Assembly (NCBI GenBank): GCA_002309695.1
Contig: DBXV01000025.1
Coordinates: 154,032-218,031, forward strand
Length of the DNA stretch: 64,000 bases
From: Myxococcales bacterium UBA1203
GTDB taxonomy: Bacteria > Myxococcota > Myxococcia > Myxococcales > UBA5297
Direction of reading: 5' to 3'
The position numbers and the translations under genes were made by a program. Positions 8,643-17,948 of the stretch are shown here, one piece after another. The first letter of the stretch is position 1. Each line of letters opens with the position of its first letter. A model generated the notes under the pieces. It saw nothing but the letters and a program-made list of their open reading frames with translations. It ran no database searches and had not been told where the DNA came from.

Positions 8643-9902
8643 ATGACCAGCCCCCTGCGCGCAGCCACCCCCGAAGAACAGTTTCAGGAAGTCACCCGAG
8701 GCGCCGTCGATCTCCACGTCAAAAGCGAGTTCATGGAGAAGCTGAAGCGCTCCTACGAGACGGAAACGCCGCTCGTCATCAAAGCCGGCTTTGACCCCAC
8801 CGCGCCCGACCTCCACCTGGGCCACACGGTGCTGCTCTTCCGCCTCAAGCGCTTTCAGGACTTTGGCCACAAGGTCTCGTTTCTCATCGGCGACTTCACC
8901 GCGATGATCGGCGACCCCACCGGCAAGAGCGCCACGCGTCCGCCCCTCTCCCGCGAACAGGTTGTGGCCAATGCCGAGACCTACAAGGCGCAGGTCTTCA
9001 AAATCCTCGACCCGGAGAAGACGGCAGTCTGCTTCAACAGCGAGTGGTACTCGAAGATGAGCGCCGAGGGGCTGATTCGCCTGGCGGCCCGCTACCCGGT
9101 GGCGCGGATGCTGGAGAGGGACGACTTCAAGAAGCGCTTCAAAGAAGGCCGCTCCATCTCGATTCACGAATTCCTCTACCCGCTGCTCCAAGGCTACGAC
9201 TCGGTGATGATGAAGGCCGACGTCGAGCTGGGCGGCAAGGATCAGCTCTTCAACCTGCTCGTGGGCCGCGAGCTGATGAAGGAAGAGGGACTCGCCCCGC
9301 AGATCGTCCTCACGAATCCCATCCTCGAAGGGCTCGATGCGAAGCTCGTGGACGGCGAAATCACGGGCGCCAAGATGTCCAAATCGCTCGGCAACTACGT
9401 GGGCATCGCCGAGAGCGCAGACCAGATTTTCGGCAAGCTCATGTCCATCACCGACGACCTGATGTGGCGCTACTACGATCTGTTGAGTGCGAAAAGTTCC
9501 GCCGAGATTGCCGCACTGAAGGCGGGCGTTGCGGACGGCAGCGTCCATCCCCGGGCTGCCAAAGCCGCCTTCGCCAGGGAAATCGCCGCGCGATTCCACT
9601 CCGCTGAAGCGGCAGAGGCTGCGGCCGCAGAGTTTGACCGCGTCCACGCACAGAGAGCTCTGCCCACGGAGATTGAGACCCGCGAGATTCATCTTCCCGA
9701 GGGCAAATCGGAGATGGGGCTCCTCAGCGTCATGGCTGCGGGCGGCCTCAGCGCCTCCAACAGCGAGGCCCGGCGTCTGGTGACGCAGGGTGCCGTCAGC
9801 CTCAATGGCAGCAAGGTGAGCAACCCGGCGATGAACCTCAGCCCCGGCGAATATCTGATTCAGGCGGGCAAACGGAAATTCCTCAAAATTCACCTGACCT
9901 GA
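8643..9902 (+). CDS. tyrS: Tyrosine--tRNA ligase (type 2, with C-terminal S4-like domain)
   Basis: HIGH-type motif DLHLGH and the KMSKS motif. ATG 8643 is preceded by AAGGAG. The upstream part of listed ORF 8478..9902 is not TyrRS-like. Confidence 0.9.
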   Translation: MTSPLRAATPEEQFQEVTRGAVDLHVKSEFMEKLKRSYETETPLVIKAGFDPTAPDLHLGHTVLLFRLKRFQDFGHKVSFLIGDFTAMIGDPTGKSATRPPLSREQVVANAETYKAQVFKILDPEKTAVCFNSEWYSKMSAEGLIRLAARYPVARMLERDDFKKRFKEGRSISIHEFLYPLLQGYDSVMMKADVELGGKDQLFNLLVGRELMKEEGLAPQIVLTNPILEGLDAKLVDGEITGAKMSKSLGNYVGIAESADQIFGKLMSITDDLMWRYYDLLSAKSSAEIAALKAGVADGSVHPRAAKAAFAREIAARFHSAEAAEAAAAEFDRVHAQRALPTEIETREIHLPEGKSEMGLLSVMAAGGLSASNSEARRLVTQGAVSLNGSKVSNPAMNLSPGEYLIQAGKRKFLKIHLT

Positions 9903-9915
9903 GAGGTGCCTGGCC

Positions 9916-11418
9916 ATGCTCATTTCCACGACCCTGCTCTCGCTGGCGATTGCCGGCACTCCTCCCGCCCAGCTGCCGCTGATTCCGGACGGAGCCACCG
10001 CTGTCATCCACATTCCGCGGCCCGGCAGCGCCCTTCCGAACACCTCCGCTTTCCTCGCCGCGGCGTACGGGCTGTCCAAGTCGGCGTGGCTCGCCCCGGC
10101 GTCCATCAACAAGATGTTCCAGCCGGCTCTGGACGCGGACCTGCTCTCGCCCGAATCGCTGAGTGCCGCTGGCATGGACACCGGCCGCCCGCTCACGCTG
10201 TCGCTGGTCCAGGGGCAATGGGTCGCCTGCTTTTATCTGCCGGCCGTCACCCTGCCCGCCGAGGTGCCGCAGAACGCGGTCCCGTCGAATGATGCGTCAG
10301 GACTCTCGGCCTCGGGCGTGACCGCAGAAGACGGGTCGTGGCGCAGAGGGACGCTCTCCTTTGCCGACAGGCGCTGCACCACCGGCGGAGCAGCGGACGC
10401 GAAAAAAATCCTCGACCTGGCCAAGAACACGCTCGTGAAGGCGGGAGACACGAACGGGCGGACCGAAAATCTCATCGCCTCGACGGGAAAACTCGCTTCG
10501 CCCTCGCATGTCATCGCCGCTTTTCAGTCCAGAAACGGCATGGCTGTGACGAGCCTTGAGCCCAAGACGGGGAAGCATCCGGTGCTGGATGCAGAAGGGC
10601 GCGTCGTCGGCGCGGAGAGCATTCTGGCGGCGGAAGGCGCGTCCAAAACGGCAAAGTCCGCGGGCATACCCGGGCGGCCGCAGGAGACGCCCCTCTGGAT
10701 GGAACTTTCCCTGTCGCAGCAGACGCTGGGGGCCAAGGGCGACGTCAGGAACACGGTGCGGCGGCTCATCCGCCATCTGGCGCCCAACATGGATCCCGCT
10801 GCCCGCGACGCCGCGCTCCAGCAGCTCATGTCCTCGATGACGGGACAGGTCCGCATGGCCATTACCGGCGTGGACGGGAAGCAGCCCACGGGAAGCATGC
10901 ACCAGCTCCAGCAGGCGTTTTTTGCCGAGGTGAAGGATGCCAAAGCGCTTCAGCAGGTCATTGCCGCTTTTGCCGGCGGTCTTTCCAAACCTGCGCAGGG
11001 TGAAGCTGCCCCCATCACCAAAGACGGCGGCGTCGGGCTGCTCTCCTACAAGCCCGTGTGGTTCGGCATTCAGAACGGCGTCTTCTATTTCGGCAACGAC
11101 GCGAAGCTGATTCAGAGCGCTTTGTCTCTGAAAGACACGCGGACGCAGGGCGGCAAAAACAAGGGCAGCACGCCCAGTCTCATCCTCCGCATGAACGGGC
11201 CCGCCGCGGCCGAAGCGCTCAAGCCCGTTTCGCTCTTCGACATGGCCAACGGCTCGATTTTCGGGACGCTGTTCATGGTCAAATCGGAATTTTCCGGCCT
11301 GCTGCGGAATGCCTGGCTGGAACTTCACGGCACTCCCAAGTCCAACGGCGACCTCTCCTTCGACGCGCGGCTGTCGCTGGAAGAGGAAGCCGAATGCCCC
11401 TGCCAGAAAGGGCACTGA
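9916..11418 (+). CDS. Hypothetical exported protein
   Basis: N-terminal signal-like MLISTTLLSLAIAG. Starts 13 nt after the tyrS stop. No motif recognised. Confidence 0.6.
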   Translation: MLISTTLLSLAIAGTPPAQLPLIPDGATAVIHIPRPGSALPNTSAFLAAAYGLSKSAWLAPASINKMFQPALDADLLSPESLSAAGMDTGRPLTLSLVQGQWVACFYLPAVTLPAEVPQNAVPSNDASGLSASGVTAEDGSWRRGTLSFADRRCTTGGAADAKKILDLAKNTLVKAGDTNGRTENLIASTGKLASPSHVIAAFQSRNGMAVTSLEPKTGKHPVLDAEGRVVGAESILAAEGASKTAKSAGIPGRPQETPLWMELSLSQQTLGAKGDVRNTVRRLIRHLAPNMDPAARDAALQQLMSSMTGQVRMAITGVDGKQPTGSMHQLQQAFFAEVKDAKALQQVIAAFAGGLSKPAQGEAAPITKDGGVGLLSYKPVWFGIQNGVFYFGNDAKLIQSALSLKDTRTQGGKNKGSTPSLILRMNGPAAAEALKPVSLFDMANGSIFGTLFMVKSEFSGLLRNAWLELHGTPKSNGDLSFDARLSLEEEAECPCQKGH

Positions 11419-11482
11419 CAAATTTCGCCTCTGTGCGTCCGCCGCGTTTGAAGCCCCTTTCCGCGTTTTTCGGAGCCGTCCC

Positions 11483-12040
11483 ATGAGCAACGAGAGCCAT
11501 CCTGAATCCGTCCCGCAAACAGCCCCGCACAAGCCCGGCACCACCACCGTCCGCAGCGCGCTCCCCCACCCTCCCGGCTGGCTGCCTGACTACTGCTCGC
11601 GCTCCGCATTCGCCCAGGTGGCGCTGAACGAGGACGGGCACGACAAAAGCCGCCTTCTGGCGCTCTACGACGAGCTGGCCGCCGCTGAATTTTCCAAAAT
11701 TCCCGAAGAGCTGACGGATGAGGAGCTGGCCTGGCTGGACGGCTTCCACGCGCTGAAACACGAGACGGAAAAGGAAGAGCGCCGGATGCACTTCGGCGCC
11801 TTTGCGCTGGTGGGCCTGCTGCTCTTTCTCCTCATGCCCACGCTCGCCTCGGGAAACGCGCCGCTCGCGATTCTGCTGCTGGCGCTCATGCTCATCGTTC
11901 TGCTGGTGCCCTACACGCTCGTCTATTTCGGCTACGAAAATCGCGTCCGCTCCATGGCCATCGGCCGCATGCGCATCTGGGAAGCCCGGCGGCGCCGCGC
12001 CGAAGAGTCGATGAAGCAGAAGAGCGCCGCTGAGAAATAG
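11483..12040 (+). CDS. Hypothetical membrane protein (two adjacent TM helices)
   Basis: FGAFALVGLLLFLLMPTLA and PLAILLLALMLIVLLVPYTLVYF. Start placed at ATG 11483 (MSNESHPE). Confidence 0.5.
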   Translation: MSNESHPESVPQTAPHKPGTTTVRSALPHPPGWLPDYCSRSAFAQVALNEDGHDKSRLLALYDELAAAEFSKIPEELTDEELAWLDGFHALKHETEKEERRMHFGAFALVGLLLFLLMPTLASGNAPLAILLLALMLIVLLVPYTLVYFGYENRVRSMAIGRMRIWEARRRRAEESMKQKSAAEK

Positions 12041-12053
12041 CGCTCCCTTCGCG

Positions 12054-14126
12054 TCAGTCCCGCTTCCCCCAGACGGCTTCCAGAGGATCCACGGACTGTT
12101 CTGCCTCCTCGCCTGAATCGCCCTCGGGCGGTGCGCGCAGCGCCTCGTAAATCTGCGCCGCCAGCGCCGGCCCGATGCCGTCCGTCTGAGCAATTTCATC
12201 GGCAGCCGCAGCCCTGAGCCGCTTCATGGAGCCGAAGTGCCTGAGCAGCGCCGCACGGCGCGCCTTGCCCACGCCCGGAACCTCATCCAGCTCGCTGAAC
12301 AGCGCCCTCTTGGAGCGGGTGAGCCGGTGATAGGTGATGGCGAAGCGGTGGGCCTCGTCACGCAGCCGGGTCAGGACAAAGAGCTCTGGGCTGCGCTGGT
12401 CGAGAACCACCGGGTCCTTCGCGTCCAGAAGAAAAACCCGCTCGTCGGAGCGCGACTCGCCCTGATCATCGCTCTCAAGCAGGCGGCTCTTGGCGAGACT
12501 GGCCAGCTCGAAATCTTTGCCCGGCGTCAGCCCCGCGTCGCGAAAGGCGGCGGCAGCACTGGCGAGCTGACCTTTGCCGCCGTCGATGAGGAACAGGTCC
12601 GGCAAATCGCCGTGCTCCACGCGGCGCCGCAGCACCTCGTACATCATGGCGAAGTCGTCAGTGCCCTTCACAGTCCTGATGCGGTAGCGGCGATAGCCCG
12701 CCTTAAAGGGCACACCGTCCACGAAGCACACCCCCGAGCCGACGGCGCTGTCTCCCTGGAAGAGCGAGATGTCGTAGCACTCGATGCGGCGGGGAATGCG
12801 CTTGAGATGCAGCTTCCTCTGCAGCCGCTCCAAAATCGCCTTCATCTCCTCCCGGGTCGCGGGATGGGCCGTCAGCGTCTCCCGGGCATTCCTCTCTGCC
12901 ATGGCCGTCAGGTCCGCCTTGGCGCCCCGCCTGGGCGTCCGCACCGAAGTCTTTCCGCCCCTGCGTTCGGACAGCCAGGCCTCCAGCGATTCCGGCTCGG
13001 GAATTTCCAGCGGCAGCAGCACCTCATCGGGAATCACCACCTGACCGTCGTAATAGCGGCGCAGGAATGAGGCGAGCACCTCGTCCAGCGGCAGACCGTT
13101 GTCATCGAACAGAAAAGGATGGCCGCCGATGAGCCGGCCGCCGCGGATGAACAGCAGATAGACGACCAGGCGCCCGGCTTCCGCGGCCAGACCAGCCACG
13201 TCCCTGTCCACCGGGTCCTCCGTGACCACGCGCTGTTTTTCGAGACTGCGCCCGATGGCCCGCAGCCGGTCGCGAAACGATGCGGCCTTCTCAAATTCCA
13301 GATTGGCCGCCGCCTCGTTCATCTGCGCCGTCAGCCGCTCCAGAAGCTCCCCCGGGCGGCCCTCGAGAAACTGAACAGCGTCGCGCACGAACGCCGCGTA
13401 GTCCGCCTCGGTCACAGCGCCGATGCAGGGACCGGCGCAGCGGTGCATCTGATACTGAAGGCACGCGCGATTCTGCGCCCCATGCGCTGCCAGCTGACGG
13501 TCACTGCAGGTCCGCAGGCGAAACTGACGCTCCACAAAGCGCAGCGTCTCACGAATCGACGCCGCAGAACTGTAAGGGCCGAACAGACGAACACGGCTGC
13601 GCCCCCTCGGCAGCTGCGGCCGCGCCTCGCGCTGAACAGCCTCTCTGGCACGGGCCACGTCCAGCGCTTCCTCCGGCGTCAGCACGAGCGTCCCGGTCTT
13701 TCCGTCGGAGCACACCAGCTCAACCGTCTCATTGCGGCCGCCGGAACGGCTCATCTGCACCGCCCGCTCAATTTCGAGACGGGGCCAGTCCGACGACAAA
13801 TCAATTTTCAGGCAGATGAAGCTCTTGTCGTCGCGAAGCAGGACATTAAACCTGGGGCTGAAGCGCTTGATGAGCTCGCTCTCCAGAAGCAGCGCCTCCT
13901 GCTCCGTCCGAACGACGATGACTTCGAGCTCGTCCAGCAGCGTGTCCAGAAATGGAACGAAGGCCCGCCCGTCCCCCTCGCCGCCGCTGCGGAAATAGCT
14001 GCGCACCCGGTTCCGCAGATTCACGGCCTTGCCGACGTAGATGACCTCGCCCCGGGCGTCCTTCATCAAATAGACGCCGGGCTCAGCTGGCAGCGTTTCA
14101 AGACGGTCGAGGACTTCCTGTTTCAT
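12054..14126 (-). CDS. uvrC: Excinuclease ABC subunit C
   Basis: GIY-YIG N-terminus (GVYLMKD..VIYVGKAVNLRNRV), central UvrC region, C-terminal (HhH)2 (VPGVGKARRAALLRHFGS). Start at ATG 14126. The longer listed ORF reads through a tRNA gene. Confidence 0.9.
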   Translation of the reverse strand: MKQEVLDRLETLPAEPGVYLMKDARGEVIYVGKAVNLRNRVRSYFRSGGEGDGRAFVPFLDTLLDELEVIVVRTEQEALLLESELIKRFSPRFNVLLRDDKSFICLKIDLSSDWPRLEIERAVQMSRSGGRNETVELVCSDGKTGTLVLTPEEALDVARAREAVQREARPQLPRGRSRVRLFGPYSSAASIRETLRFVERQFRLRTCSDRQLAAHGAQNRACLQYQMHRCAGPCIGAVTEADYAAFVRDAVQFLEGRPGELLERLTAQMNEAAANLEFEKAASFRDRLRAIGRSLEKQRVVTEDPVDRDVAGLAAEAGRLVVYLLFIRGGRLIGGHPFLFDDNGLPLDEVLASFLRRYYDGQVVIPDEVLLPLEIPEPESLEAWLSERRGGKTSVRTPRRGAKADLTAMAERNARETLTAHPATREEMKAILERLQRKLHLKRIPRRIECYDISLFQGDSAVGSGVCFVDGVPFKAGYRRYRIRTVKGTDDFAMMYEVLRRRVEHGDLPDLFLIDGGKGQLASAAAAFRDAGLTPGKDFELASLAKSRLLESDDQGESRSDERVFLLDAKDPVVLDQRSPELFVLTRLRDEAHRFAITYHRLTRSKRALFSELDEVPGVGKARRAALLRHFGSMKRLRAAAADEIAQTDGIGPALAAQIYEALRAPPEGDSGEEAEQSVDPLEAVWGKRD

Positions 14127-14229
14127 GGGGCACCGGCCGCGCCCCGGCCAGGCCCAGCTGCAGGCGTTTCCGGGACATAAAAAAACCCCGAAGTCCTTCG
14201 TGAGGTCTGAAGGGCTCCGAGGTCTGAAT

Positions 14230-14306
14230 TGGTCGGGACGACTGGATTTGAACCAGCGACCACTTGCACCCCAAGCAAGTGCGCTACCAGGCTGCGCTAC
14301 GTCCCG
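14230..14306 (-). tRNA. tRNA-Pro (anticodon GGG), CCA encoded
   Basis: Reverse complement folds as a cloverleaf: acceptor CGGGACG/CGTCCCG, D stem GCGC/GCGC, anticodon stem CTTGC/GCAAG with loop TTGGGGT, T stem GCTGG/CCAGT with loop TTCAAAT, 3' ACCA. Confidence 0.9.
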
Positions 14307-14362
14307 GGTACAACTGGGGTTTGAAAAACGGGCGCGCCCTCTAGTCCGCGGTCCGCTGCTTG

Positions 14363-14755
14363 TCAAGAAATATCTTTGGGGGTTCCCGTTTTTGCCGTCG
14401 TTTTTGGCGATGCGGCTGCGGCAGGCCGATTGGTGCTCGAAACCTCTTCCGACGTTCCATCAGCCATCAGCTCCGCGCGGCGCACATTAAGGGCAGCCCG
14501 CAGAAGCTGACTGGGTTTGAAGGTCAGGACGCGCCGCGCGCTGATTTCAATCGCCTCGCCGGTCTTGAGATTGCGGCCAATCCGGGACGCCTTTGTTCTC
14601 ACCTCGAAATTGCCAAAACCCGAAAGTTTGACCTTTTCGCCATTGGCAATCGCCTCTTTGAGAGCCCCGAACACGCGCTCGACCACCTCTCCGCTCTCTT
14701 TTTTGGGCAGCCCCGCCTGTTCATAAACCTGTTCCACAATGTCGGCCTTTGTCAT
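14363..14755 (-). CDS. ihfA: Integration host factor / HU family DNA-binding protein (IHF-alpha-like) with a ~40 aa C-terminal tail
   Basis: KVKLSGFGNFEVRTKASRIGRNLKTGEAIEISARRVLTFKPSQ matches the IHF-alpha arm region. Confidence 0.8.
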   Translation of the reverse strand: MTKADIVEQVYEQAGLPKKESGEVVERVFGALKEAIANGEKVKLSGFGNFEVRTKASRIGRNLKTGEAIEISARRVLTFKPSQLLRAALNVRRAELMADGTSEEVSSTNRPAAAASPKTTAKTGTPKDIS

Positions 14756-15037
14756 CCCTGAGCCTCCTGCCGCTGCTGAAAGGGCTTAACCGCCTAATTT
14801 TATTCAGTTTTTTGTCAAGAAGCCGCGTTTTTCCCTCAAACGCAGCCGCAGTCTGACCAAATGTCCGGCTGCCGACATTTCCGGCCAGTTCATCCCCCCA
14901 TTTTACCTATGAAACGTCCCCTCCGGTCCCGTTGACAGTCAGGGAAGGGCTGCACTAGAGCGCCGCGATTTCATTCGCGCCCCGGGGCCTCCCTCCGGCA
15001 GGCGTTTTCTTTTTTTCGCAACAATTCTTTCCTGTGG

Positions 15038-17545
15038 ATGGCCATGCCCTCTGATCTGACGTCCCCTCCGTCCGCTGCTGAGCTCGCCCAGCTCAAGCAG
15101 GCCTTTTCCAAAGACCCATTCTCTGAGGCCTACCACCCCCTCGCCGAAGCCTACCTGCTGTCCAACAGCTACATGGAGGCCATGGTCGTCTGCAAAAAGG
15201 GCATCAAGGCCTTCCCCGGCAAAGCGGAGCCCCACATTCTGATGGCGCGCATTTACGCGGCCCAGAAGAAGGACGCCAAAGCGCTGGATGAAGTGAAGCA
15301 GGCCCTGGAACGGGACGACAGCAATGTGGACGCCCTGCTTCTGGCCAGCGAATTGTCCTACAAGTCGGGAAACAGTGGAGACGGGGCCGATTACCTCAAA
15401 AAGGCTCAGTCGCTGGAGCCCGGCCGTGAGGATGTTCAGGCCGCCTGTCAGCGGCGCGGGATTCAGCCGCCCGAACCTCCGGCACCTCCCCCCGCTCCTG
15501 TTCCTGTGGCCGCGCCTGCACCGGCTGCCGCCATGCCGCTCCCGACCCCGCCTGCCGGGATGCAGATGCAGCCTCATCCGAGTCAGCCCTCCGTCCCGGC
15601 GGCACTTCCTCAAAACGGAAGCATGCCGCCGTCCGCGCCGTTCCTACAGCCGCAGATGCAGTCCCAGGGGCCCTATCTGACGCCGGTTCAGCAGGCGATG
15701 GCGCCCGCTTACCCCACGCCCATGCCGTCACAGGCCCCTCAGGCGGCAGTCACCCTCCCCATGCAGCCGGCAGTTCACCTGCAGCAGGGAGCGGTTCCCG
15801 GTTCTCCTTCGCAGCCGCCGTATGCCGCGGCTCCCATTCCCACGCCTGCTCAGGTCCAGCCCAGTTACGCCGCCTATCAGGCCCAGCAGAATTACGCCGC
15901 CCTCGCCGCCAAATATGAAGACCTGGACGAGGACGAGGAACGGGCTACGGACAAGAAATTCCCCACGCATATCGTGGTGCTGTGTGCCGTCCTGCTCGTG
16001 GTGGCCGGGGCACTCGGAGGTTTTCTGTACCAGCGCTCGGTCAAGGCAGAGCGCGAGACTGAAATCGCCAAGCTCCTGAAGCAGATGCAGGAGGAAATCT
16101 CCCATGACAATTACGCCAGCTACAAAAAGGCGTGCGAAATGGGCGAGCACATCACCATCGACCTGGACCCCACGCTGTTTTCGGCCCATTCGTTCCTCGC
16201 CTACGCCTACGCGATTCGATGGGGCGAACATGGCGAGGGTGAAGTTGCCAGAGCACCTGCCCTCGACCACCTGGCCAAAGCGAAAAAATCCGGTCAGGAC
16301 CATTCGTATCTGAACGCGGCGGACGCCTACATCAGCTTCTTCAAGGGCGAGCCGGACAGCGCCATCAGCCTGCTGGAGCAGAAAATCGCCGACCAGGACG
16401 CCAAGGGCCAGAACAGCACGTTGCTCATTTCGACTCTGGGCATTCTGGAAACGCATGCCGGACGCCTCGAAAGCGCGCTGATTCACCTCAAAAAGGCGCA
16501 GCAGGCAGCGCCCGCCGACCCCCGCATCTCCGCCTGGACGGGCAACGCGCTGCGGCGCCAGGGCGGCAATGATGTTCTGGCCGCCAATGCCTATGAACAG
16601 GCGCTCCGCTACGAGAGAAACCACGCGGAGGCACAGCTGGGCGTGGCCCTCATGGCCGTCGATGCCAACAAGCCCAACGCCGCGGAGAAATACATCAATA
16701 TGCTCCTGCAGGCCGACCCGCCGCCTTCGACGCGCCAAATCGCTCTCGCGCGCCTGGCGCACGCCATCATTCTCGACGGGAAAGGGCAGAAGGCTGAGGC
16801 CGACGCCGAGGAGCAGAAGGCCCTGGCGTCCGACCCCGACAACGGCGAGCTCTATGTGATGAAGGCCAACCGCCTGAAGCGCGCCGGCAAGATCAAAGAA
16901 GCCGTCGAGGCGATTCGCACCGCCATCCAGAAAGAGCCCACCCGAATTTCCTTCCAGATTGAGCTGGCCGAAACGCTCCTGAATCAGAAGGACAAGGAAA
17001 CAATTAAGGATGCCCGCACCTCTCTGGAAAAACTGGTCGCCCAGTCGCCCAATTCTCTCAAGCTCCTTCTGCTCCTGGCCAAGGCGCAGATGAAGTCGGA
17101 AGAATTCGCCAAAGCGGGTGAAACGCTGACAAAGGCGAAGGACAAGGCCGTCAAGAATGAGGAGAAAGCCGAAGTCCTCTTTGAGCAGGGCAATCTGGCT
17201 GTTTATGAAAAGCGGCTGGATGACGCGGCCAAGCTCTTTGAGGAGTCGCAGAAAACGGCGGTTTCCAGCCGAAGAAAGGCCTTGGCGCATCTGCACATGG
17301 GCCACCTTCGCGCGCAGCAGGGGACTCCTGATAAAGCCACCGAAGCCTACATTGCAGCTCAATCTGCGGACGAAAACTTTGCTCCCGCCTATTATTTCCT
17401 GGGACGCCTTCTGACCCTGAATAAGGATGTAAAGGATTTGGAGATCGCCCAGCAGCAGCTGGAGGCCTATCTGACCAAGGACCCCAACGGTGAATACGTG
17501 GAGCGGGCAAAACAGCTCCTCGAAAGGGCCAAAGCAGGGAAATAA
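15038..17545 (+). CDS. Large TPR-repeat protein with a Pro/Gln-rich linker and one TM helix
   Basis: TPR-like repeats at the N-terminus and through the C-terminal 450 aa. PAPPPAPVPVAAPAPAAA low-complexity linker. TM segment HIVVLCAVLLVVAGALGGFLY. Confidence 0.7.
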   Translation: MAMPSDLTSPPSAAELAQLKQAFSKDPFSEAYHPLAEAYLLSNSYMEAMVVCKKGIKAFPGKAEPHILMARIYAAQKKDAKALDEVKQALERDDSNVDALLLASELSYKSGNSGDGADYLKKAQSLEPGREDVQAACQRRGIQPPEPPAPPPAPVPVAAPAPAAAMPLPTPPAGMQMQPHPSQPSVPAALPQNGSMPPSAPFLQPQMQSQGPYLTPVQQAMAPAYPTPMPSQAPQAAVTLPMQPAVHLQQGAVPGSPSQPPYAAAPIPTPAQVQPSYAAYQAQQNYAALAAKYEDLDEDEERATDKKFPTHIVVLCAVLLVVAGALGGFLYQRSVKAERETEIAKLLKQMQEEISHDNYASYKKACEMGEHITIDLDPTLFSAHSFLAYAYAIRWGEHGEGEVARAPALDHLAKAKKSGQDHSYLNAADAYISFFKGEPDSAISLLEQKIADQDAKGQNSTLLISTLGILETHAGRLESALIHLKKAQQAAPADPRISAWTGNALRRQGGNDVLAANAYEQALRYERNHAEAQLGVALMAVDANKPNAAEKYINMLLQADPPPSTRQIALARLAHAIILDGKGQKAEADAEEQKALASDPDNGELYVMKANRLKRAGKIKEAVEAIRTAIQKEPTRISFQIELAETLLNQKDKETIKDARTSLEKLVAQSPNSLKLLLLLAKAQMKSEEFAKAGETLTKAKDKAVKNEEKAEVLFEQGNLAVYEKRLDDAAKLFEESQKTAVSSRRKALAHLHMGHLRAQQGTPDKATEAYIAAQSADENFAPAYYFLGRLLTLNKDVKDLEIAQQQLEAYLTKDPNGEYVERAKQLLERAKAGK

Positions 17546-17584
17546 AATAAGAACCAATACATTTGGTTCGACTCACATCCAAAT

Positions 17585-17627
17585 CCCCCTCTCCGGAATA
17601 AAATGGAGAGGGGGAATTTTTATTTTT
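17585..17627 (+). terminator. Rho-independent terminator
   Basis: ccccctctcc-ggaataaaat-ggagaggggg followed by aatttttattttt. A second small hairpin gaacca..tggttc lies at 17551-17569. Confidence 0.75.
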
Positions 17628-17869
17628 GGAGCCACGCACGCTGGCATTATTCCATAGGGACTGCCCTATGTGGTCATCCGAAATAACATCCTCTCCGGCG
17701 CCGCCTCCCGAGCTGTCAGCACCGAAGGCGATGGCGAGGATACAGCCCGGAGTTACGATGCGCTCACCTCGGACTGAATGAATGGCTCAGAGCATCCCCG
17801 CCACGCCGATAAAGCCGCGCGCCCCCAGGGAAAAAAATACACAGTGCAGGAGCAAAAAGTCCTCCTCCA

Positions 17870-17907
17870 TAAAAAAACGCCGGGCCCCCGTTTGGGAGAC
17901 CCGGCGT
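17870..17907 (-). terminator. Rho-independent terminator of the Cys-rich lipoprotein gene
   Basis: On the minus strand: acgccggg-loop-cccggcgt followed by ttttttt. Confidence 0.65.
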
Positions 17908-17948
17908 TTCGTTGAAGACATCTGCTGAAAAAATGCGCCTTCTGATTA

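Noticed and set aside
8451-10196. 581-aa ORF on the minus strand
   Set aside because: It is antisense to tyrS, has no recognisable motifs and is a high-GC artefact.
14127-14366. 80-codon N-terminal extension of the uvrC ORF
   Set aside because: It reads straight through the tRNA-Pro gene. The GIY-YIG domain begins at ATG 14126.
15728-17557. 609-aa ORF on the minus strand
   Set aside because: It is antisense to the TPR protein gene. Its composition (Leu/Arg/Gly/Gln runs) mirrors the sense frame.
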